Sequence record: ON528718
Reading direction: 5' to 3' (one strand)
Source of the DNA: Shigella phage ESh4
DNA length: 51,077 nt
Positions 45,423 through 51,077 of the stretch are shown piece by piece. The notes beneath the pieces were generated by a model. The model was not told the DNA's origin. It made no database searches and worked only from the letters and a program-made list of their open reading frames with translations. The first letter of the stretch is position 1. The number at the start of each line of letters is the position of its first letter. A program made the position numbers and the translations under genes.

Positions 45423-45460
45423 ATAACAGCGATAACAGAAGATAACAGATGTGCGCGCCA
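45423..45460. repeat. ATAACAG direct repeats (3-4 copies)
   Basis: cATAACAGcgATAACAGaagATAACAGatg; iteron-like. Confidence 0.5.
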
Positions 45461-45579
45461 GGATTGCCGAAAAGGACGCAAGAGGACCGCGTTTATCTAT
45501 CCCCTCCACACAAAAAGTTAATCAACTGATTAAAATTGATCAAACTCAAAGTCTCACAATCCAGGTGATCGCGAATGAG

Positions 45580-45619
45580 TTATTCCTGTTATTCCTGATT
45601 AATGGAATAGATGGAATAA
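45580..45619. promoter_or_regulatory. operator-like array of four TTATTCC half-sites
   Basis: TTATTCCTG TTATTCCTG attaat GGAATAGAT GGAATAAT: two direct repeats and two inverted copies with 9-bp period, just upstream of promoter unit 45632-45677. Confidence 0.5.
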
Positions 45620-45631
45620 TCGCCAGTTGAG

Positions 45632-45677
45632 AAATAGCACTTTTTGTTAAAACTGAATCCGCCTGATCGGGTACATT
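45632..45677 (+). promoter_or_regulatory. conserved promoter-like unit (first rightward gene)
   Basis: AAATAGCACTTTTTGTTAAAAC + 22 bp + TACATT, 40 nt upstream of ORF 45717. Confidence 0.5.
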
Positions 45678-45716
45678 ACACACATCGAAACGAGACACCC
45701 ATCAGGAGACGGTAAG

Positions 45717-45989
45717 GTGAACATCAGCAAAACCACTTTCAACTTTGCAAAGCGTCACGGTCTGGATCTGACTGTTGAAGACTTCGGCGATGTTCTGCAA
45801 CTCTGCATTTGGGAAGCGGATAACGATTGCGAGTGGCTTTGCTCTTATCGTATCAATTACGATTGCTTAACCTGGCACGGTAATATCTATCTGCCGCAAG
45901 AAGTGAAAGAGGAATTGCCAGCTACCATCAATAATGAAGTGTTTTTGCGCAAAGTCCTGAAGTTTATTGCTGATGAGATCAAGAAATGA
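45717..45989 (+). CDS. hypothetical protein (90 aa)
   Basis: ORF with AGGAGACGG RBS, GTG start. Confidence 0.5.
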   Translation: MNISKTTFNFAKRHGLDLTVEDFGDVLQLCIWEADNDCEWLCSYRINYDCLTWHGNIYLPQEVKEELPATINNEVFLRKVLKFIADEIKK

Positions 45990-46231
45990 TTAGTGAAGTG
46001 GATTTTGAACTTGCCGAGGCCCAGGTAAGGGCCAAAAAGATGGGTTTGCGTATACTGACGAAAACCGTGGAGTTTCCGTCGATGCCGTTCGCATCATTCC
46101 ATAAAGTGACGGTGTTCAGTAGCAAACGCGAGTTTAACGCGCTAATCCCTGCTGGTGATGATAAGCGCATGGCAAAATTTATTAACGAGTCCTGTGATGT
46201 TCTGATGGCAGTTAAACACGATCAACAATGA
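45986..46231 (+). CDS. hypothetical protein (81 aa)
   Basis: ORF track, ATGA overlap with upstream gene. Confidence 0.5.
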   Translation: MISEVDFELAEAQVRAKKMGLRILTKTVEFPSMPFASFHKVTVFSSKREFNALIPAGDDKRMAKFINESCDVLMAVKHDQQ

Positions 46232-46244
46232 AGGAGAAATAAAG

Positions 46245-46511
46245 ATGGCGCGAATCAATGCACCTATTCCAGTTAAGCGCAAAGCACGACTGCTTAACAA
46301 TGGATGTTACGCCCTGCGGCCTGATTTTAAAAAACGCACCTTTCCGGTTATCGTCAACGTGTCGCACGTAAGCCGTAGCGGGAATCTGGCCTTTGTTAAC
46401 GGTGAAGATCTGGCGGCGCTTGGATTCTATGGCGGTATTTACGGCGAACCGCTCGGATTCTGGCTTGTAAATCCGTCAACTGGAGAACGTGAAATCGAAT
46501 TCCTGGACTAA
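46245..46511 (+). CDS. hypothetical protein (88 aa)
   Basis: ORF with GGAGAAATAAAG RBS; stop TAA abuts conserved element. Confidence 0.5.
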   Translation: MARINAPIPVKRKARLLNNGCYALRPDFKKRTFPVIVNVSHVSRSGNLAFVNGEDLAALGFYGGIYGEPLGFWLVNPSTGEREIEFLD

Positions 46512-46555
46512 ATAGCATTTTTTGTTAAAACCGATGCGCCTATGATTGGTATATT
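46510..46555 (+). promoter_or_regulatory. conserved promoter-like unit
   Basis: AAATAGCATTTTTTGTTAAAAC + 22 bp + TATATT; -10 lies in loop of CGATGCGC...GCGCATCG dyad. Confidence 0.55.
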
Positions 46556-46586
46556 ATGCGCATCGACAACGAACGAGGATTTAAAA

Positions 46587-46751
46587 ATGGAAACACAGGT
46601 TGATGTTAAAGTTATTAAGCGCGACAAATCTCACGAGAAAGGAATCTTTAAGAAAGGCACTATCATCACCATTGATCTTGAGGATATGGAGGCTTACCAC
46701 TCAGGTCTAACTTGGAACGTGCGCAAATGTGAAAACGGCCTGTTCAAGTAA
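46587..46751 (+). CDS. hypothetical protein (54 aa, trimmed)
   Basis: ATG 46587 with GAGGA RBS; track start 46542 would lie inside the promoter unit. Confidence 0.4.
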   Translation: METQVDVKVIKRDKSHEKGIFKKGTIITIDLEDMEAYHSGLTWNVRKCENGLFK

Positions 46752-46783
46752 AATGGCTTTGAAACATACATGGAGATCATCTA

Positions 46784-46984
46784 ATGGCAAAGAAATTAAA
46801 ACTTAAATGCGTAGAAACTTATAACTCAACTTGGAAATTCACGCGAGGGAAAGAATACCCAATAATGGGAAATCTCAAAGAAGATCCTCATTTAATTTCA
46901 GATAATTGTTTAATGGAATGCAACGATGGATATATCGGTGCTGGTGTTCCAGGCCATAAATTTAAGCTGAAAAATAAGAAATGA
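46784..46984 (+). CDS. hypothetical protein (66 aa)
   Basis: ORF track; Lys-rich. Confidence 0.45.
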   Translation: MAKKLKLKCVETYNSTWKFTRGKEYPIMGNLKEDPHLISDNCLMECNDGYIGAGVPGHKFKLKNKK

Positions 46985-47080
46985 GGCTATTTATTTTCAA
47001 AAACGCTTGGATGGTGGCGGTTGCAAATGACCATTATGGTGGAGACGGCAAGCGAGCAAATCGCCATAGCTATTTCAACT

Positions 47081-47124
47081 AATAGCACGAATTGCTAAAC
47101 AATATTTCTCAAACCTGGTATAGT
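47081..47124 (+). promoter_or_regulatory. conserved promoter-like unit (variant)
   Basis: AATAGCACGAATTGCTAAAC + 21 bp + TATAGT. Confidence 0.5.
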
Positions 47125-47154
47125 TACCACGCCAAATATAATGAGGATTGCATA

Positions 47155-47382
47155 ATGAAAGCTAAAGTCACTAACATCATGCACACTGTTGATGCACATC
47201 ACCGCGTCGCCATTAAGATGGATAAATCTTGCGGAATCAACCAGTTAACCATCACGAGTGGTAAAGGTGTGTTTGTTGTTGGCTCACATCCAGGTAGTAA
47301 AATCCGCAAATATACACGCGAAGAATTGATTAAATTGCTTGAAGAAAACAGCATGTTTATTGAAAGCTGGAAAGCTGTATGA
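47155..47382 (+). CDS. hypothetical protein (75 aa, trimmed)
   Basis: ATG 47155 with GAGGA RBS downstream of unit 47081-47124. Confidence 0.45.
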   Translation: MKAKVTNIMHTVDAHHRVAIKMDKSCGINQLTITSGKGVFVVGSHPGSKIRKYTREELIKLLEENSMFIESWKAV

Positions 47383-47389
47383 TTAATCA

Positions 47390-47417
47390 ATGGGAGATTT
47401 CCGCCTCCCATTTTATC
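47390..47417 (+). terminator. possible hairpin terminator/attenuator
   Basis: ATGGGAG-N8-CTCCCAT followed by TTTATC. Confidence 0.35.
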
Positions 47418-47429
47418 AATGGGGAATAA

Positions 47430-47543
47430 ATGATTAAGGCGCTTGATATTTTATTTGGTGTTATGATTGGCCTTGTGGGTTTGCTTGTTTTTACTGCCGG
47501 GCTTGTAATTATTATTGCTGTTATTAAGGAGTTTATTAAATGA
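47430..47543 (+). CDS. small membrane protein (37 aa, below track cutoff)
   Basis: ATG 47430 with GGGGAATAA RBS; single TMD (ILFGVMIGLVGLLVFTAGLVIIIAVI); stop overlaps next start. Confidence 0.35.
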   Translation: MIKALDILFGVMIGLVGLLVFTAGLVIIIAVIKEFIK

Positions 47544-47764
47544 GTCAAGACGGTTTTTTTGAGCGACTGCAAAAAGCGGAAGATGCCGGACTGAATAAAG
47601 AGGCTGCGCTTGAAGTGGCATATAAGATCAGGACGCTTGATGATGCGCTTGGTGAAATGGATATGGATCATGAATGTGGCGCTGCGTTTGCAGATCCAAC
47701 GATGATTGTTAATGATTGTGGATGCAATTTTGATCCTAACTGTGCGCGATGCTTTCCGTTTTGA
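47540..47764 (+). CDS. hypothetical protein (74 aa, Cys-rich C-terminus)
   Basis: ORF with AAGGAG RBS; HECG...CGC...CARC motifs. Confidence 0.45.
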   Translation: MSQDGFFERLQKAEDAGLNKEAALEVAYKIRTLDDALGEMDMDHECGAAFADPTMIVNDCGCNFDPNCARCFPF

Positions 47765-47773
47765 GGTGATGAA

Positions 47774-48484
47774 ATGTATAAAGGTTTAATTTTCTCTTTG
47801 TTTGATGGATCTGGTAAAGCCGTTAAAGATTGGGCCGACGCTGGATATAAGTGCATTTGCTTTAATGCTGACGGTGGCGATCATGGTGATTACCAGTCAG
47901 TGCGCATACAGCATGAGAATATCGAATACGTTAACTTCTGGATTGATGAAAGATTTTACCACCGCGCGCGCTGGGAGGAATGGGGTATTCCTGACTTTAT
48001 TATGGCATTTCCTCCTTGCACACAATTAGCAAATAGCGGATCTCGTCATTGGGCTAAAAAGCGCGTGGAAAATCCTAACTTCCAGGATGAGGCCGCAGAC
48101 ACTTGCAAAATTGCGGCGCATATCGCTGATTATTTCGGTGTTCCGTACATGATAGAGAATCCTGTAGGAAAGTTATCAACGTTATGGCGGAAGCCTGATT
48201 ATACTTTCCATCCGTGCGATTATGCTGGCTATCTGCCGGAAGATGATAAGCATCCCGACTTCCCTGATATTATTCCGGCGCGGGATCGCTACTTTAAGAA
48301 AACATGCCTTTGGACTGGAAACGGATTTGTTATTCCTCCGCGCGCAACAATCCTTCCTAAAGAGGGCGACAAGGATAATCCTGGCTGGGCCAAAACTGGC
48401 GGAAAATCATCTCGCACAAAGATGATTCGCTCCCTCACACCGCGCGGTTTTGCTCGCGCCGTCTTTGAAGTAAACGCAAAATAG
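47774..48484 (+). CDS. DNA cytosine-5 methyltransferase-like protein (compact)
   Basis: Motif I-like LFDGSG, motif IV-like FPPCTQLANSG (Pro-Cys), motif VI-like MIENPVG; 236 aa; stop TAG inside conserved element. Confidence 0.5.
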   Translation: MYKGLIFSLFDGSGKAVKDWADAGYKCICFNADGGDHGDYQSVRIQHENIEYVNFWIDERFYHRARWEEWGIPDFIMAFPPCTQLANSGSRHWAKKRVENPNFQDEAADTCKIAAHIADYFGVPYMIENPVGKLSTLWRKPDYTFHPCDYAGYLPEDDKHPDFPDIIPARDRYFKKTCLWTGNGFVIPPRATILPKEGDKDNPGWAKTGGKSSRTKMIRSLTPRGFARAVFEVNAK

Positions 48485-48524
48485 CACTTTTTGTTAAAAG
48501 CCAGGTGTAAAAGCCTGGCATAAT
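48478..48524 (+). promoter_or_regulatory. conserved promoter-like unit with CCAGG/CCTGG hairpin
   Basis: AAATAGCACTTTTTGTTAAAAG-CCAGGTGTAAAAGCCTGG-CATAAT; 31 nt upstream of ORF 48556. Confidence 0.55.
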
Positions 48525-48555
48525 CACTTCACCGAAACGAAAGGAGGAATAAACG

Positions 48556-48942
48556 ATGAAAGTTATCTGCAATAAAACCAACGTTTTGATGAACGGTCGT
48601 TATAAAGCTGTATACGAAAAAATTGCTGGTAGCGATGATGTGATCGAGTTGGAACAATTCCAGGTAAAGAGCATTACAAAGGGTAGCAAGTGGCAAAACG
48701 CTGTTGAGTCTGACTATCGTCATATCAAGACAAAAACAATTAAATGCACCTTTGTAGATCACAAGATCCCGTGTAAAAAGCATTTCAAAGAAGGAAAGCG
48801 TTACCAGATTGAGCAAGGTCGCGCTCTTGGTGCTGTTGCTGGTTATGTTTTTGATGAAGCTGGCGACCGCTGGACGCTATACCGCGAAGAAGTAGGATTT
48901 TCCGCTGGTGGCTGTCATTTGTTTGAGGCTATGTATAAGTGA
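48556..48942 (+). CDS. hypothetical protein (128 aa)
   Basis: ORF with AAAGGAGGAATAAACG RBS. Confidence 0.5.
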   Translation: MKVICNKTNVLMNGRYKAVYEKIAGSDDVIELEQFQVKSITKGSKWQNAVESDYRHIKTKTIKCTFVDHKIPCKKHFKEGKRYQIEQGRALGAVAGYVFDEAGDRWTLYREEVGFSAGGCHLFEAMYK

Positions 48943-49160
48943 TCAAGACTGAATATCGCTATAAGGTGACTTATTCAGCAACAAAAACCTTCAAGCCTGG
49001 CGATATAGTCAGGCCAATAAAGAAAACGACGGTTGGATGGCTGATTGGTCTTTCTTACCACAAATCACTTTATTTTGATTTTGCTGATTCCGTAACCGCG
49101 CATTGCCATAGCGCAAGGGAACCAGAAAAAATCTTGGTTAGCATAGAGCGGATCAAATAG
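48939..49160 (+). CDS. hypothetical protein (73 aa)
   Basis: ORF track; stop TAG inside conserved element. Confidence 0.45.
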   Translation: MIKTEYRYKVTYSATKTFKPGDIVRPIKKTTVGWLIGLSYHKSLYFDFADSVTAHCHSAREPEKILVSIERIK

Positions 49161-49200
49161 CATTTTTTGTTAAATGCGGGTAGCATTGTTGCGGTATTAT
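49155..49200 (+). promoter_or_regulatory. conserved promoter-like unit
   Basis: AAATAGCATTTTTTGTTAAATG + 22 bp + TATTAT. Confidence 0.55.
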
Positions 49201-49228
49201 TGCCGCATCAAAAAAGGAGTTATCATCA

Positions 49229-50812
49229 ATGAATTTTTCGTTTGAAACCAATAAACTAACACCAAAACAAATTATCGAATTAGCTGATGCACAAGGATTG
49301 TCTCCGGTGCGCGTGTCCATTCAGGCAAACGGATACCGTCAATCGTCCAGCTTTTGGGGTGAGGTTAATGATGTTAATAACGGAAACGATCGCTACCCTG
49401 TAATTTCTCTTGGCAATGATGTTGATATTGTTGGAAAGTTAGCGCGCAACATTGCTCGCTCTGTTCAATTCCCTGAATCATCGGCCTATATGCATTTTAT
49501 CGGCTGCGTGTCTGCTGCAATGCTTGGGCGATTCACGGTTGAGTATCACGGAACGGATCAGCCAACCGCTCTTTATGTTGTCACAAGTCAGCCTCCTTCA
49601 ACTGGTAAATCTGCCGTTAACAGCCTGGCTCTTGCTCCAATGGTTGCAGAAGTGGAAAGAATTAACGATCAGCGAAAGAAGGAAAGAAAAAAGATTCAGG
49701 CAAAGTTGGCAGGTCTTGCAAAAGAGATGAAAAGCGAGCGCTCCGGCGCTGATATGGAATCTCTGTACCAGGAGAAAGAAGATCTGGAAGAAAAACTGGA
49801 AAAGATGTGTGACATCGTTTTCCCTGTGTCCGACACCACGCCGGAAGGACTTGCAAGAATCAACAATCGCCAGGGTAACTTTGCTGTGATTTCAGACGAG
49901 GCAACAAGTATTAACAGCCTTTTAGGTCTGACATATGCCAATAGCGAACGTAAAACCAACAGCGAACTTGTTCTGAAAGCATGGGATCATGGTCATGTTT
50001 CTATAGCTCGTGCAAACGCTGACAACAATATGAGTTTTAAAGCTCTTGGCTGCATGGCGGTAATTGCCCAGGATGAAACAATCAATGCCATCATGGATGC
50101 AGGATCGCGAGGTATTGGTGTAAGTGAGCGTTATTTGCTTGTGCGTGAAGAATCATTTTTAGGTCGTCGAAAGTTTGTTGATGATAACGGTGATTCGACT
50201 TATGAGCCTGTTGATGGAGAACTGAAAAGCCAATATTTTAAGCTGATCCATAACATCATGAGTGAATCAAACATCCAGCTTAAGATCAGTAAATCAGCAA
50301 TGCGAGTTCTTAACATGGCTCGTCAGGAGATGGAGCCGCACCTTGCTGATGGAGGAAAGTATTCGCATACAATGCTGCGCGGTGCGCTTGGCAAAATGGA
50401 TAAGCAGGTGATCAGGATTGCTTCGGTTTTGCACACTATCCGCAATTGGTTTAATCCTGGTGGATACCCTCAGAAGTCGAAAGAGATTGAAGTTGAAACC
50501 GTTCAGGAAGCACTGTTGATGTTTAGCGAGTTGAGCAAAACATACATTAGCGCCGCCAACGCTTCTGGCTATGCTGGTGATGATGCTGAGATGGGTAAAC
50601 TAATCGAGATTATCACTCGACACGGTAAGGCTAACAAGGGGATCTTGAATGTGCGCGCCATATATGAGGCTGCACGAAAAGTTAAGCCGTTTGTTGGTCA
50701 GGCTGGCGTAATGAAGCGTATGGAAACGCAACTGCTGCCGATGCTTGAAGAAAGAAATTATATTTGTGTGATTAATGGCGTTGTTTTTGTAAATCCAACA
50801 TTGCTGGGGTAA
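49229..50812 (+). CDS. P-loop NTPase (DUF3987-like; possible replication/helicase-associated ATPase)
   Basis: Walker A-like VVTSQPPSTGKSAV and Walker B-like NFAVISDEAT; 527 aa; AAAAAAGGAG RBS. Confidence 0.5.
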   Translation: MNFSFETNKLTPKQIIELADAQGLSPVRVSIQANGYRQSSSFWGEVNDVNNGNDRYPVISLGNDVDIVGKLARNIARSVQFPESSAYMHFIGCVSAAMLGRFTVEYHGTDQPTALYVVTSQPPSTGKSAVNSLALAPMVAEVERINDQRKKERKKIQAKLAGLAKEMKSERSGADMESLYQEKEDLEEKLEKMCDIVFPVSDTTPEGLARINNRQGNFAVISDEATSINSLLGLTYANSERKTNSELVLKAWDHGHVSIARANADNNMSFKALGCMAVIAQDETINAIMDAGSRGIGVSERYLLVREESFLGRRKFVDDNGDSTYEPVDGELKSQYFKLIHNIMSESNIQLKISKSAMRVLNMARQEMEPHLADGGKYSHTMLRGALGKMDKQVIRIASVLHTIRNWFNPGGYPQKSKEIEVETVQEALLMFSELSKTYISAANASGYAGDDAEMGKLIEIITRHGKANKGILNVRAIYEAARKVKPFVGQAGVMKRMETQLLPMLEERNYICVINGVVFVNPTLLG

Positions 50813-50814
50813 TT

Positions 50815-51077
50815 ATGTTTCTTCTGGATCTGTATCGCTGGTGTGAGTCATTCGAATGGTTTACACGTCAACATATAGCAAAATTTATCTTTCAGCATAG
50901 AGAATGTGAGCGGCTCGCAAGGGCCGCAGGATTTACGCCGAGAATGTTTGCGACTGCCGTTTCAAAAGAGTTTTGCGCAAGAATGATGACCGCTGGTTAT
51001 CTTGATGGAGTTGGCGGAAAGTTCTGGTGTAAGAAAGGATCCGCAAATAGACCTTTCTCGTTTGAACTTTACAGCCT
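50815..51077 (+). CDS. hypothetical protein, 3'-truncated by window end
   Basis: ATG 50815 just after previous stop; open to end of window (MFLLDLYRWCESFEWF...). Confidence 0.35.
   Translation, partial: MFLLDLYRWCESFEWFTRQHIAKFIFQHRECERLARAAGFTPRMFATAVSKEFCARMMTAGYLDGVGGKFWCKKGSANRPFSFELYS

Noticed and set aside
45287-45481. Track ORF (64 aa) in the 45-kb control region
   Set aside because: Overlaps low-complexity and repeat arrays, no RBS, opposite to neighbouring regulatory signals; treated as spurious.
1-51077. CRISPR arrays, rRNA genes, integrase/attachment sites or a circular junction joining window end to start
   Set aside because: No regularly spaced direct repeats with unique spacers, no rRNA-like sequence and no tyrosine/serine recombinase ORF were seen; the terminal partial ORF does not continue in frame with ORF 57-251, so circular permutation cannot be shown from this window.

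Overview
The window reads as a near-complete genome of a T1-like (Drexlerviridae-type) siphophage of an enterobacterial host; all calls are from reading the sequence and recalled motifs, with no database search. Content by region: lysis cassette (holin, SAR-type GH24 endolysin, lipoprotein u-spanin) at 263-1367; leftward early/replication genes (HTH-metallophosphoesterase, Dam-like N6-adenine MTase, VRR-NUC nuclease, SF2 helicase) at 1514-6677; a rightward block (HTH protein, zinc-ribbon primase, tail fibre with C-terminal chaperone domain, glycine-rich protein) at 6767-12174; a leftward recombination module (HNH, SSB, Erf-like annealing protein, PD-(D/E)xK exonuclease) at 12185-15262; a lipoprotein cassette at 15765-16955; a lambda-like tail module J-I-(HNH)-K-L-M-tape measure-G/GT-V-U at 16982-28061; head/packaging genes (adaptors, major capsid, paralogous decoration-like pair, scaffold, Mu F-like, portal, TerL, TerS) at 28051-37029; about 25 small leftward early ORFs including a dNMP kinase and a PNK-like HAD phosphatase at 37110-45038; and a rightward block (C5-MTase-like, P-loop NTPase) at 45717-51077. 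The most striking feature not explained by genes is a family of at least 15 near-identical ~45-bp promoter-like units: a 22-bp element AAATAGCACTTTTTGTTAAAAC, a GC-rich often hairpin-forming spacer of 21-22 bp, then a -10-like hexamer, each 30-60 bp upstream of a start codon and often containing the stop codon of the preceding gene. Other notable signals are two long low-complexity CA/TA-rich non-coding regions at divergent junctions, an operator-like TTATTCC repeat array, a -1 frameshift site in the tail chaperone gene, and two HNH endonuclease insertions, one of which extends the SSB C-terminus.
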